From: an uncultured Chitinophagaceae bacterium
Lineage (GTDB): Bacteria; Bacteroidota; Bacteroidia; Chitinophagales; Chitinophagaceae
Direction: 5' to 3'
DNA: 64,000 bases
Assembly (NCBI GenBank): GCA_963742225.1
Contig: CAVULD010000006.1
Location: 266,841 to 330,840, forward strand
A model generated the notes under the pieces. That model made no database searches. It saw only the letters and a program-made list of their open reading frames with translations, and was not told the DNA's origin. Made by a program: the position numbers and the translations under genes. Below, in pieces: positions 9,580 to 20,419 of the stretch (position 1 is its first letter; the number at the start of each line of letters is the position of its first letter).

Positions 9580-10293
9580 TCAGCGCATAAGGGACAGATA
9601 ATCCGGAAACATCGCCCGCCACACAGGCCAATCGTGTACCGCGTTGGGTCGGATATCCAGCCAATGATGGATTTGTTTGTGGGTTAAAATCGCACTGAGC
9701 CGCTCGTTGTCCGGCCTGCATTGATCCTGATCGGTAGTCCCCAAAACAACGCCCATGTTCCACAAATTTGGATCCTGATCATTGGGGATGAAGTCGACGG
9801 GATTATTATAGTAAACATTGTCGTCGTAATATGTCCCAACAAACGATCGAATGTCAAAGGCTCCGCTCATGGAAAAGCAATACGAAGTGACGGAGGGGTG
9901 ACGAAAGGCAAAATTAACGGCATGGTATCCTCCAAAGCTGCATCCGGCAACGGCCGTTCTTGAAAAGCCCGTTTCCTGTTGCGCTCGAGGCAAAATCTCC
10001 GTAAGTAACAACTGGTCATAGCAATTGTGATTCCAGGCTCGAACACCCGCAGGGACCGATCTATTGTACCAACTCAAATCATCCAGACTGGCAGGGCAAT
10101 AAATCTTTAGCCTGCCTTGCTCGATAAACCATCGCGCGGCATCTATCATGCCCTCATCCTTATTTTGGTAATAAGACCCCTTGGAAGTGGGAAACAAAAT
10201 GAGCGGCTGGCCACTATGGCCGAAGACCAACATGTCCATATGGGTTCCCGTAGCTTGGGATTGCCATTGATAATATGCTTCCTGAATATGCAT
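9580..10293 (-). CDS. Putative esterase (alpha/beta hydrolase)
   Basis: FGHSG..LILFPTS, GCSFGG elbow, HDWPVW. Confidence 0.85.
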   Translation of the reverse strand: MHIQEAYYQWQSQATGTHMDMLVFGHSGQPLILFPTSKGSYYQNKDEGMIDAARWFIEQGRLKIYCPASLDDLSWYNRSVPAGVRAWNHNCYDQLLLTEILPRAQQETGFSRTAVAGCSFGGYHAVNFAFRHPSVTSYCFSMSGAFDIRSFVGTYYDDNVYYNNPVDFIPNDQDPNLWNMGVVLGTTDQDQCRPDNERLSAILTHKQIHHWLDIRPNAVHDWPVWRAMFPDYLSLMR

Positions 10294-10422
10294 GTGTTCA
10301 AGCCTATGGCATCAAATTTACTTTTTAAACCGACAGAAAAAGGATTTGAACTAGACAATAATTTCGAATTCGTCGTGGTTATAAAGCTGGTTGTTTAGTA
10401 TCATTTCCCTATTTTTGAAAAC

Positions 10423-11235
10423 ATGGAAGTTGAAAGAAGTATGGGTATCTCAAAGGAGCGAATTCTGTTAGATTCTGATTATCTTGGCCGCAGCGTTACG
10501 GTGGATTTTTATCTTCCCAAACAAGTATCGAGACCTTCGGAGATGAGCCTGTTGCTAATAAACGACGGACAGGATATGGACAAGCTCGGGCTAAAAGGGA
10601 TGTTGGATCATTTAATTCATCAAGGGTCAGTGGCTCCATTATTATGCGTGGGTATTCACGCAGGTGGCGAACGAAAATTGGAGTACGGTACGGCCCATTG
10701 GCCCGATTTTAAAGGCCGAGGTTCCAAGGCCAGGCAATACACCCGGTTTATCTTGGAGGAACTTATTCCTCATATTCGATCATCTTACGTCATCCCGTCT
10801 TTTAAGGAGAAGGCGTTTGCCGGTTTTTCCTTAGGTGGACTTAGTGCCTTGGACATCGTCTTAAATCATCCCGCCGAATTTTCCCGGGTGGGCATTTTTT
10901 CGGGATCCCTGTGGTGGAGATTGAAGGATAAACACGACGAGTCCTATAGTGACGAAACGGACCGGATTATGCACCAACAGGTCAAATCGAGTGGATACTT
11001 CCCCTGGCTAAAATTTTTCTTCCAATGTGGAGCAGCAGACGAAGAGGAAGACCGCAACGGAAATGGCGTTATTGACTCCATCGACGATACCCTGGATTTG
11101 ATCAAGGAGCTCCAAGCGATTGGCTACGATAGCCCGAGTGATATCTATTACCTTGAATTGCCAGACGGTAAGCACGACATTGCCACTTGGGGAAGGGCTA
11201 TGCCGGAGTTCTTGAAATGGGGATGGGGAAGGTAG
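10423..11235 (+). CDS. Putative esterase (Fes/IroE-like alpha/beta hydrolase)
   Basis: NDGQD, GFSLGG elbow, FSGSLWW, GKHDIATW; TATTTTTG box at 10410-10417. Confidence 0.85.
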   Translation: MEVERSMGISKERILLDSDYLGRSVTVDFYLPKQVSRPSEMSLLLINDGQDMDKLGLKGMLDHLIHQGSVAPLLCVGIHAGGERKLEYGTAHWPDFKGRGSKARQYTRFILEELIPHIRSSYVIPSFKEKAFAGFSLGGLSALDIVLNHPAEFSRVGIFSGSLWWRLKDKHDESYSDETDRIMHQQVKSSGYFPWLKFFFQCGAADEEEDRNGNGVIDSIDDTLDLIKELQAIGYDSPSDIYYLELPDGKHDIATWGRAMPEFLKWGWGR

Positions 11236-11417
11236 TTGAGCCCCTGTCCTGTTTCAAGGGGGGGCTTGGATGTGGCTGGCCGTCACTTCTTTGAAACCTG
11301 GTAAGCCATTAATAATAAATAAGTTATATTCAAAAAATTCCCCCCGCAGGCTATTTTCCCCCTGCAAAGCTGAAACTACCACGCCTTCTCACCATCCCCA
11401 TGCGTCAGGATAATGTG

Positions 11418-11425
11418 TAACTTTG
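11418..11425 (+). promoter_or_regulatory. -7 element TAACTTTG for ribBA
   Basis: Exact TAnnTTTG match 18 nt upstream of ATG 11444. Confidence 0.6.
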
Positions 11426-11443
11426 CAGCCTTAATTTGTTGTT

Positions 11444-12649
11444 ATGTTGGACTCTATTGAAAGTGCTATTGAAGACATTAAACAAGGGAAATTGGTAATC
11501 GTGGTCGATGACGAAGACCGTGAAAACGAAGGGGATTTTATCACGGCCGCCAACAATGTCACGCCCGAGGTGATCAATTTTATGAGTAAATATGGCCGAG
11601 GATTGATTTGTGCTCCCTTGGTGGAAGATCGGTGCGACGAATTGCAACTGGAATTGATGGTCAATAACAATACGGCCTTACATGAAACCGCCTTTACGGT
11701 TTCGGTGGATTTACTCGGTCATGGTTGCACTACCGGGATCTCGGCCCGGGATCGTGCCAAAACGGTACGGGCCCTGATCGACCCATCCACCAAGCCGGCT
11801 GATTTAGGTCGACCCGGCCATATTTTCCCCTTGCGCGCCAAGAAAGGTGGGGTGCTAAGACGAACCGGCCACACGGAAGCCGCTATCGATTTAAGCAGGC
11901 TGGCAGGCTTTGAACCTCCATATGGAGCCGTCCTAGTCGAAATTATGAATGAAGACGGAACCATGGCAAGGCTTCCGCAACTGGTGGATGTGGCCAAAAA
12001 ATTTGATTTTAAACTGATTTCCATTCGCGACCTGATCGAATACCGGCTGAAAACCGAATCGCTCATTGACGAAATCGTGCGTGTCGATATGCCTACCCGC
12101 TATGGTCACTTCAAGCTCATTGCATTTAAGGAGAAAAATACCAGCAACGAGCATCTGGCACTGGTCAAGGGGGAATGGGATAAAGAGGAATCGGTCCTAG
12201 TCCGTGTGCACTCGTCCTGTTTTACTGGGGATATCCTGGGATCGTTGCGTTGCGATTGTGGAGAACAGCTCCATAAAGCTATGCAAATGGTAGAGGCCAA
12301 TGGCAAAGGGGCCATATTATACATGAATCAGGAAGGCCGCGGCATTGGCTTGGTGAACAAACTGAAGGCCTATAAACTCCAGGAAAATGGCATGGACACG
12401 GTGGAGGCTAACCTGCATTTGGGCTTTCCTATGGACAAGCGGGATTATGGTGTCGGAGCTCAGATTCTTCGCCATCTGGGCATAACCAGAATCTGTTTAA
12501 TCAGCAACAACCCCATGAAACGCGCCGGTTTGTCAGGATATGGTCTGGAGATCACAGGCACGGTTCCTATCGAAGTAGCGTCCAATCCGTACAACGAAAA
12601 ATATCTACAAACCAAGCGCGATAAGTTAGGTCACGACATTATGAAATGA
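11444..12649 (+). CDS. ribBA: Bifunctional DHBP synthase / GTP cyclohydrolase II
   Basis: [46 protein letters not shown]. Confidence 0.97.
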   Translation: MLDSIESAIEDIKQGKLVIVVDDEDRENEGDFITAANNVTPEVINFMSKYGRGLICAPLVEDRCDELQLELMVNNNTALHETAFTVSVDLLGHGCTTGISARDRAKTVRALIDPSTKPADLGRPGHIFPLRAKKGGVLRRTGHTEAAIDLSRLAGFEPPYGAVLVEIMNEDGTMARLPQLVDVAKKFDFKLISIRDLIEYRLKTESLIDEIVRVDMPTRYGHFKLIAFKEKNTSNEHLALVKGEWDKEESVLVRVHSSCFTGDILGSLRCDCGEQLHKAMQMVEANGKGAILYMNQEGRGIGLVNKLKAYKLQENGMDTVEANLHLGFPMDKRDYGVGAQILRHLGITRICLISNNPMKRAGLSGYGLEITGTVPIEVASNPYNEKYLQTKRDKLGHDIMK

Positions 12650-12707
12650 TCTGCACTTGTCCATTCTCAACTCCGCTGGGCTTCTTTTTAGCGGAAAGCC
12701 GATCAAC

Positions 12708-15700
12708 TCACTGCGAATTAGTCTGGGTAACTTCTTTCGATGGTTCCGGGGTCACTACTTTGGGTTTGGGTTTCTTGTTCTTATCCTTCTTTTTCCCCTT
12801 AAAGAGTTCATCGATGCGGTCAAAATCTCGTCTGTAAGAAATGCTTGCACCCGAACTGTTTTGCGTGTGGTTGGCAATAGCCAAATAATTATAGGAGTCC
12901 TTATAAAAAAAGGAGATCACGACACGCCCATTTGGGGTGACTTTCCAGTCTGCCGTGATATTAGGCAAAAACTGAACGGATGAGGCCTGGACCTGTTGGG
13001 CCGTAATGCCAAAGTCCAGCGCACTGCCTACTGTAAAGGTGAGGCGTTGATTCAAAAAGCTTTTGATGACGGATAAATTGACGTTGGTTCGGTCATAAAT
13101 GCTGGTACTGCTTATTGGCTGGCCAGTTGCATCGTACACGTTATAGAAAGCAGTGCTTAAATTAACCTGGATGCTCTTGTCCTTGAAAATCCTTTGAAAG
13201 GTGCTCGAAGCTTCCTGGCTCAAGTAGCCAGAAATGGCGCCGGAAATGCTACTGTACACAATTCCGCCTACCGCTTCGTTTGGACTCAGTACCTGGGTAG
13301 AGGCCGTGGTCAGCGGTCCAAAACTGTTAAACACGATGAGATAGGCCACCTGTTTATTGAGTTCATTAGGATCGTTCTGTATCTGCTCCAGCATCAAAGT
13401 GACATATTGGTCGTTTTTCAATTGGCTATTGGGAGGCAATTCAATTTGAAATCTAATATCGGGCCGCATGAGCTTATTGCTCAAGGTAGCTACTACCCAA
13501 ACAGGTCCGTGGAAGCTGACCGATGGATCCGCTGTTTTCGCCGAAACGGCTGACAACTGCGAGCCCAAGTCACTGAATTGGACATTTTCTGCTTCATATA
13601 TGGCTTGTATGTTTATGTCAGCGTTGTATGGGTCACCGGACCATTTGATGTAGTTGCCTGCTCCTTCTTCAAAGACGAAAGGTTTGCGGATGAAGGTTTG
13701 GAAAGTAAAATTGTAATTTCCCCGATCAATTTCATAAGTCCCTCGGATATCCATGTTTTCATTGGTGCCTACTCTGATCTTGAGCACACCATGACCGTTG
13801 GCCTTGATGATGTCCTTGGTGAGTGGATCTATGATCACCCAAACATTGGCGTAATTATTGGCATTGATCTCTAAGGTAACTGTAAAGTTGTCGTTTTCGT
13901 TGCCAAGGGGCTGAGCTTTTATTGCTTTACCATACACTTTCCATGCTATGAAGTTGGCCTCCGCACTTTCCCTACTGGTCGTTGTGGGCAAATATAGGTT
14001 TGAGCTGTCAGCCGGCTCCCCTTTTACATAGAGTTGGAGATCACGCTGTGGACCTCGGAGGGTAACCGAGTCGGCTTTGGCGATGACCGTTCCATAAAAC
14101 TGGCTGTTGTCGGCAAATTTCGTATTGAGCACAAGCAAGCGTTTCGTCGTTAGGGCAAAATCATAGCGGAGATTTTTGAAGGACTCGTGCCAAAGCTTAC
14201 CCCGGACTAGCCTGGCTCTATTGCCCAGTGTGTCGCTTATGTCCACCGATCCAAAGTCAATATAACCGTCTCTAAAATGCACCATGGCTTCGGGAATCTT
14301 GTACACGCACTGGGTGTATATAACTTTTAAGCTGCCGTTTTTGAGTTCCACATCTCCCAGATACTTTAGGCCATTTCCTGGGCCGATAAGTTGAAGTTTT
14401 CCGGTAACCATGCCCGTTACATTGGTGAAAATACTTCCCAAGTATTTCTGCAACAGATCGATCCGTGTGTCTACGAGGTTTGACGTGATGTTAATGGGTG
14501 CAGCTGTGGAGCTGTCCGACGTATTGAACGCGCCTGTCAAATCAAAGTGGTAGTCTTTATTGTCGGAATGTACCGTAGCATTGACTAGGCCATCTGCCTT
14601 GCTATAATCGGCTACCAGGCTCAGTTTGCCGATACTGTCGTTATCCAACCTGAATTGAGATGATTCGCCATTAAATTTCAGGTTGGGTTTGCCAAAGGGG
14701 TCGCCCAACACCAACTGTCCGCTTAACAAGCCTTCCAGCCGGTAATCCTTCACTACGAAAGGGGAGAAGTCACCAATGTTGATTTTTTTCAGATCAAATA
14801 AGATATCGTTGGTGCTGCCTTGGCTGGAAGGATGCGTGCTGATTAATATTTGCTGTTCGGCGGTAGAAATCCTTAGGTTGCTCGCCGTTACCACACTGTT
14901 GTCGAAGGCAAGCTGGCCATCTTTATCAATCACCCAGGTCTTGCTGTTGATGTCGAATGTGGATGGGTTAAACCGAATGTGAATGCCACTGGCCAAAGTC
15001 TGGACCTGTGCGGAAATGTTGGCCGCATTGAGCGTTTGATTGGCGCTGGTGCGTATTTGAACCTTGGAGATATCGTTGAACGAAGTCAATTGCATGCGGG
15101 TGGATGGAAAATGGAGGCTGTCGTTGAGGTAGATATCGGCCACTTTCGCGTTTATGGCAAGACTATCGACATTGCCACGACAATTTAGCACGACATTATA
15201 AAAGGCAATGCTCTTATAATTAAATTGCGGTATTTCCGCATTTAGGTCCAGCAAATTCTCTCGAGTGTCAATTCGGCCTGTGACGCTCGAGAAATTAAGG
15301 CCTTTTAAACGGTCGTCGAACATGTCCAAATACTCATCAATATTCTTGGTGGTAATAACAAAGCTGAAGTTTTGATTGCTTGCCACATCCTTGCCGGGGC
15401 TCACGTAACTCGGGTAATAGCGATTTAAAAAGGTTTGGAAGGCAGCGGGAAGTTCTTTAATGGAGAAAGAGCCGACCAGGGCCCCGTCAAATTCATTGCT
15501 GATGACAGTAATCGTTTTGTTGCTATCTATGATGCTTGAAGCTAGGGTAAGGGAATCAAAGGAAATCCGCTTTCCTTTTTTAATTATAGAGGCATCATAA
15601 ATTCGTGCGGTACCTAAAAAATTATCGATATCGTCGCCCGTAAAATCAAACCTCACTTTGCCGTTGAAACGAATATCCTGGTGGCTAAAATGCAGATCTT

Positions 15701-17669
15701 GCAAATTGCAGGAGGAGACTTGAGCCGAGAAATTAAATTTTGGTTGGAGCTGACTAAAGTCAATAAGACCATCGAGTTGAGCTATCAAATTGGAATCCTG
15801 GGAGACGAGTCGACCATTGAATTTGTCCTGGGCTATAGTGCCGTTAACCGCAATGTCATGGTACGCGTAATCATTGAATTCAATTTTCTGGACCGTTCCA
15901 TCCAGGGTGGCATTAAGCGTTTTCGAGGACAAACCTTGGCCGTTCACCTTGCCATTGAAGGATATTTTGCCAAGCTGGCTAGCGTCCATAAACAGTCCCA
16001 AGTCGAAATTATCGGTGGCTATCGTACCTGAGTATTCTGCCGGCATGCCTGCAGGCAGTTTCATGTTCAGATTGCAATTCAGTGTGCCGAGGTTGGTTTC
16101 AATCGTTCCCGAGGTGACAAAATTGCGCAAATAACCGATGAAATCTCCGGTAAAATGAAGTTGCTGGATGCGGTCAAGCCGCGGCTCTTGCAGCTTCTTG
16201 AGTCCCGGAAAGAAGGTCGTTACATCCTGGTAGGTGGTCTTGAAATTGTGGGATTTAAATTCGATATGTGTCTGCGCGATGTCCGGCAATCCTCTTAAAT
16301 GGATATCCCCGTTTAATACGGTATTTTCGCCTGCGTAAATCAGCAAATTCCGCCCCACTAGATCTCGTACCGGACCTTTCACGTGACCGGTTATGCGAAA
16401 TTTTCTTTTCCAACCCGCCAAAGCAGGAGCAAAAAGAGCTATATCGTCACTATCTACTTCGGCCCCGGTAAAGTCTCCTTCCATTTGCACTTTATCGATA
16501 TAATCTGACATGTCGTCAAAACTCTTGAACCGCATGGCATAAAAGCTTTTCAGGTGACTCTTATCCGTGCGCAAATCCATGTTGGCAAATTCCATCGCTT
16601 CGGGAAAAAGTTTGATCTGGGCATTGAAGCGCTGCACTACCAGTCCACAACGCTCTTTGGTCTGCAAGTTCATCTTAGCCGTTATCGTATCTCGAACAAA
16701 TCTGACGTGACTAAAATCCCAGTTCACGGCATAGAAATAGATGTGGTTACCGTCAAAATGATCGGACCACACCGAATCGGTCAGCTTATTGTTCTTAAAC
16801 CAACCATTTTCGATTAGGCCGTGATCGACGGAGACGTTCCACCCGGCTGGATTCCAGCGAAGGTGCATCGGGTCATTCGCGACCAGGGTATCTATCGTTG
16901 TATCGGAGGCGGGCCGGTTGCCAATGTAATTACTGATGCTGAACTGAGGTTCCACGAATTCCCAACTGCGAATGATGGCCAGTTTCTTGGAAAAATCTAC
17001 CACCTCTGCGTCCAAGCTCATCGATTTGAGGTGTAAAGCCAAATCTTCTCCTTTCCACTGATCCCGCTGCAAGACATTTACGTTGCTGAGCTCGGCCTTG
17101 GTGAGTAGCAAGTCAATGCTGTTTTTCTTGTCGGGATTAGACTCTCCGCCAAAATAGTCGATCAAAAATTGATAATTCCAGACCGAATCCTTCCTATCCA
17201 GCCGGACCGTAGCGTCCTTGAGGCTTAAATACTGCAAGACGACCGTGTCTTTGAAAAAGAACCAATCTGTGACCCGGACGCCCACCTCGCCCGCATACAC
17301 TAGGGTATCTTTTTGGAGGTCTTTCACCAACACTCCTTCCATTCTCATTTTATTAAACAGAGAAAAATCAACACGCCGGATATCCACCTCCGTATGCAGG
17401 TCTCGGGACAATTTCGCCGTTACCCGCCCAATCAACCAGTTTTGAACCAGGCTTGTATTGATTGTAAGAGAAATGCACATCAGCCCCAGCAAGCATAGGA
17501 GAAAGGACCGCCAATTGGCCGTCTTTACCAATACCCATATGACCAGGGCGAGGAGCAATCCATAGATAACCGATTTTTGATTGATCGTTTGTGCTAAGAG
17601 CCACAGAGATGCAAGGATCAACAGTAGGGTCACCAAAGACTCCAGGAGTATTTTGGGGATTTTTTTCAG
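12708..17669 (-). CDS. tamB: Translocation and assembly module TamB-like protein
   Basis: More than 1640 aa, beta-rich (AsmA/TamB-like), N-terminal membrane anchor, C-terminal beta strands (ITADWKVT...SYRRDFD). The frame is open upstream to a CTG at 17669; the ORF track starts at 17636. Confidence 0.8.
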   Translation of the reverse strand: MKKIPKILLESLVTLLLILASLWLLAQTINQKSVIYGLLLALVIWVLVKTANWRSFLLCLLGLMCISLTINTSLVQNWLIGRVTAKLSRDLHTEVDIRRVDFSLFNKMRMEGVLVKDLQKDTLVYAGEVGVRVTDWFFFKDTVVLQYLSLKDATVRLDRKDSVWNYQFLIDYFGGESNPDKKNSIDLLLTKAELSNVNVLQRDQWKGEDLALHLKSMSLDAEVVDFSKKLAIIRSWEFVEPQFSISNYIGNRPASDTTIDTLVANDPMHLRWNPAGWNVSVDHGLIENGWFKNNKLTDSVWSDHFDGNHIYFYAVNWDFSHVRFVRDTITAKMNLQTKERCGLVVQRFNAQIKLFPEAMEFANMDLRTDKSHLKSFYAMRFKSFDDMSDYIDKVQMEGDFTGAEVDSDDIALFAPALAGWKRKFRITGHVKGPVRDLVGRNLLIYAGENTVLNGDIHLRGLPDIAQTHIEFKSHNFKTTYQDVTTFFPGLKKLQEPRLDRIQQLHFTGDFIGYLRNFVTSGTIETNLGTLNCNLNMKLPAGMPAEYSGTIATDNFDLGLFMDASQLGKISFNGKVNGQGLSSKTLNATLDGTVQKIEFNDYAYHDIAVNGTIAQDKFNGRLVSQDSNLIAQLDGLIDFSQLQPKFNFSAQVSSCNLQDLHFSHQDIRFNGKVRFDFTGDDIDNFLGTARIYDASIIKKGKRISFDSLTLASSIIDSNKTITVISNEFDGALVGSFSIKELPAAFQTFLNRYYPSYVSPGKDVASNQNFSFVITTKNIDEYLDMFDDRLKGLNFSSVTGRIDTRENLLDLNAEIPQFNYKSIAFYNVVLNCRGNVDSLAINAKVADIYLNDSLHFPSTRMQLTSFNDISKVQIRTSANQTLNAANISAQVQTLASGIHIRFNPSTFDINSKTWVIDKDGQLAFDNSVVTASNLRISTAEQQILISTHPSSQGSTNDILFDLKKINIGDFSPFVVKDYRLEGLLSGQLVLGDPFGKPNLKFNGESSQFRLDNDSIGKLSLVADYSKADGLVNATVHSDNKDYHFDLTGAFNTSDSSTAAPINITSNLVDTRIDLLQKYLGSIFTNVTGMVTGKLQLIGPGNGLKYLGDVELKNGSLKVIYTQCVYKIPEAMVHFRDGYIDFGSVDISDTLGNRARLVRGKLWHESFKNLRYDFALTTKRLLVLNTKFADNSQFYGTVIAKADSVTLRGPQRDLQLYVKGEPADSSNLYLPTTTSRESAEANFIAWKVYGKAIKAQPLGNENDNFTVTLEINANNYANVWVIIDPLTKDIIKANGHGVLKIRVGTNENMDIRGTYEIDRGNYNFTFQTFIRKPFVFEEGAGNYIKWSGDPYNADINIQAIYEAENVQFSDLGSQLSAVSAKTADPSVSFHGPVWVVATLSNKLMRPDIRFQIELPPNSQLKNDQYVTLMLEQIQNDPNELNKQVAYLIVFNSFGPLTTASTQVLSPNEAVGGIVYSSISGAISGYLSQEASSTFQRIFKDKSIQVNLSTAFYNVYDATGQPISSTSIYDRTNVNLSVIKSFLNQRLTFTVGSALDFGITAQQVQASSVQFLPNITADWKVTPNGRVVISFFYKDSYNYLAIANHTQNSSGASISYRRDFDRIDELFKGKKKDKNKKPKPKVVTPEPSKEVTQTNSQ

Positions 17670-17908
17670 TGGTCGGGAATTAATAAGCTGTAAAAATAGT
17701 TAATCAAGGATCTTGTGCAAATTCAGTACCAAAGCCTGCCTAAATGGAGTTCATTGGCCTGAAAATCATCATTTTAATAATAAAATGGGAAATCAACCCC
17801 AATATCCCCGTTTTGGGGGGGCTCACTGGCTGCGATTTCACCTCCTCGGGGGGCCATGCTCTAGATTACTTTGCCAGTTATCCCGGCCTGAACGCCTGCC
17901 CTGCGAGG

Positions 17909-18442
17909 CTAGGATATCCGGCCTTTTAAGGATTGGTTAAATTCCTCCGACTTGCCTTTTTCGATCGACAGTGTTTTCCATTTTTCCTGGCGCAGCATTT
18001 TGCCCAAATACACCAGCTGCCCGACGTGGTAACTACAATGGGCAAGTTGCCGGTTGATGGCGTCGATCGCATCCAGGGATTCCCCTCGGATAGTGACTCT
18101 TTTTTCTAAGTCCTCCGGCGATAAAGATCCCAGGGCGGCGAGCATGCAGCTCCAGCCCCTGTCCCAGGATTGGAGTAATTCCATACGTGTCGCATGAGTT
18201 GGATCAAATTCGCGGTCCCGAAAGCGCCAGGACTTTTCGCCATCAGCGCTCAGAAAATCAGTCCAGCGGCTAACCATATTGCCACTGAGGTGTTGAATAA
18301 TAATGGCGATGGAATTGGAAGAATCGTTAGGTTGGAAATGGAAATCTGCATCTGCCAGTTGGTCAAAGGTTTTTTCCCCCAACTGCCTGTAATAGCCCAA
18401 TCGATGGATGACCGATTGCAAAAATATGGATGAAATAGACAT
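17909..18442 (-). CDS. DUF1572 / DinB-superfamily protein
   Basis: NSIAIIIQHLSGNMVSRWTDFL..DGEK, RQLAHCSYHVGQ (DinB-type His residues); TATCTTTG box at 18457-18464. Confidence 0.85.
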   Translation of the reverse strand: MSISSIFLQSVIHRLGYYRQLGEKTFDQLADADFHFQPNDSSNSIAIIIQHLSGNMVSRWTDFLSADGEKSWRFRDREFDPTHATRMELLQSWDRGWSCMLAALGSLSPEDLEKRVTIRGESLDAIDAINRQLAHCSYHVGQLVYLGKMLRQEKWKTLSIEKGKSEEFNQSLKGRIS

Positions 18443-18477
18443 GGCTTTTGACCAAACAAAGATAGGGGGTCCATCGA

Positions 18478-20193
18478 TTAATAGCCCTCTGCGGCATCAT
18501 CCCCTCGTCTGTCGCCAATGGCGACATAACTGCCATCCGGCAGCACTTCGATGACTTCCGTTCGTCCTATCGGTTCCCGCTCGACAATATGGTATCCCAT
18601 TTTTTGCAACGACTGCCTTATGGCCGCGGGAAATTCCCTTTCGACATAGATCACATCCGGCTTCCATTGATGGTGGAACTTGGGCTTGTTTACCGCATCT
18701 TCGGGACTCATACCAAATTCCATGATGTCAACCAGGGTTTGGAATACAGAGGTTAAGATCGTGGTTCCTCCCGGGGTGCCGACCACCAAGAACACCTTGC
18801 CCCGGCGCAGAACGATTGTTGGAGTCATCGAACTCAGCATCCGCTTACCTGGTAGAATGGCGTTGGCCTCTTCACCCACAGCGCCGTACATGTTAGGTGT
18901 TCCGGGTTTAATGCTGAAATCATCCATCTCATTATTCAATAAAAAGCCTGCCCCTCCAACCACGGTATAGCTTCCATAGCTGCCGTTTAAGGTGGTCGTA
19001 ACGGAAACCGCATTGCCGTCGCTGTCTATAACGTCAAAATGGGTCGTTTCTTCACTTTCCAGGGCAATCTTTCCCGCCGTAACTGTCTCGCTGTTGCCTG
19101 CCGAATCGGGATTAAATTGGGCCATGCGGTTGTATAAATAGGGGTAACTTATCAGGGTCCTAACGGGTACCCGATAATAATCTTTGTCGCCCAAATATTT
19201 GGCTCGGTCGGCGAAGGAGTACCGTTCAATCTCGGTCATCAGATGAACTGATTTTACCGATTCAAAACCATAACTGGTCATCGGTTGGTCTTCAACCATC
19301 CTCATCATTTGAGGAAGCATAACGCCGCCGCTGCTGGGTAGCGGCATTGTGATAATGGTATAATCTTTCTTGTATTCGAAGACCGTAGCCTCCCTTTCCT
19401 TGGCGCTGTAGTTTTTGAGATCCTCGTAGGAAATCAGGCCATGGCCTCGCTGCATTTCCTCGACAATCAGGCGAGCCGTTTCTCCTTCATAGAATCCTTT
19501 GGCACCATAATCCCGAATCAGCTTCAAGGTTTTGGCGAGATCTTTTTGGATCAGGGTATCGCCTGGTTTCCAGCTTCTGTCTTTGACAAAAGCAGGCACC
19601 ACGGTATTGTATTTTAGGAATTCTGACCTCAGTTCGTTGAGGCTGTTGGCTTCGGATGCAGTAATGGCAAATCCTTTTTCAGCCAGGTCGATGGCGGGTT
19701 GAATCAGTTTTCGAAATGGCAGTATGGCGTATTTGAATTCGGCACAGATCCCAGCCACGGAGCCCGGCACGCCGCATGCCAGGTGCCCCATCTGGCTCAG
19801 ATTCGTTTGTGCATTGCCATGGTGGTCCAAATACATGTCGCGAGAAGCTCTGCCAGGAGCTTTTTCCCGGAAATCAATGGCCAGATGCTGTCCGGAGGTC
19901 AGGGATGCCACCATGAAACCTCCACCCCCGAGGTTGCCAGCACCGGGGTAAACCACTGCCAAGGCAAGTTGGGTAGCTATAGCGGCATCGACGGCATTGC
20001 CTCCCGAACGTAGAATGGAAAGGCCGACCTGGCTCGCCAACGTATTGGCACAGACCACCGCCCCGTGCGTACACAGGACTTTCTTTTTCGGGAAATAAGA
20101 AAACGGATTGAACACCTGCTGTGCGCAAAGGGGTCGGCTAGCAGAAAGGATCACCTCCGAAAGCAAGATGATGCAAAGCAATTTTTGGCGCAT
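18478..20193 (-). CDS. ggt: Gamma-glutamyltranspeptidase
   Basis: GNAVDAA, GNLGGGGF, DFREKAP, autocleavage EETTHF, NNEMDDF, LSSMTPT, GTPGG. Confidence 0.96.
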   Translation of the reverse strand: MRQKLLCIILLSEVILSASRPLCAQQVFNPFSYFPKKKVLCTHGAVVCANTLASQVGLSILRSGGNAVDAAIATQLALAVVYPGAGNLGGGGFMVASLTSGQHLAIDFREKAPGRASRDMYLDHHGNAQTNLSQMGHLACGVPGSVAGICAEFKYAILPFRKLIQPAIDLAEKGFAITASEANSLNELRSEFLKYNTVVPAFVKDRSWKPGDTLIQKDLAKTLKLIRDYGAKGFYEGETARLIVEEMQRGHGLISYEDLKNYSAKEREATVFEYKKDYTIITMPLPSSGGVMLPQMMRMVEDQPMTSYGFESVKSVHLMTEIERYSFADRAKYLGDKDYYRVPVRTLISYPYLYNRMAQFNPDSAGNSETVTAGKIALESEETTHFDVIDSDGNAVSVTTTLNGSYGSYTVVGGAGFLLNNEMDDFSIKPGTPNMYGAVGEEANAILPGKRMLSSMTPTIVLRRGKVFLVVGTPGGTTILTSVFQTLVDIMEFGMSPEDAVNKPKFHHQWKPDVIYVEREFPAAIRQSLQKMGYHIVEREPIGRTEVIEVLPDGSYVAIGDRRGDDAAEGY

Positions 20194-20419
20194 ACAGAGG
20201 AAGGATTTATCGACAGGGGTAACTGTTATGCAATTTATGGGATTTTATTTTTGGCTATGGATGGAACGTACCGAAAGGAGATTTATTTGATATCCGAGGC
20301 GTTAGTTATGACCTATCAGGCCCGGGTATCCAACCGCTGGTATAGCCGGACAGCGGATTATACTTATTTTGACCAGGGGTAAACAAAGTAATTGGTACTT
20401 TGTGGCCACAAAACTGCGG

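Noticed and set aside
11236-11443. FMN riboswitch upstream of ribBA
   Set aside because: No RFN consensus, and the -7 box is only 18 nt from the start codon.
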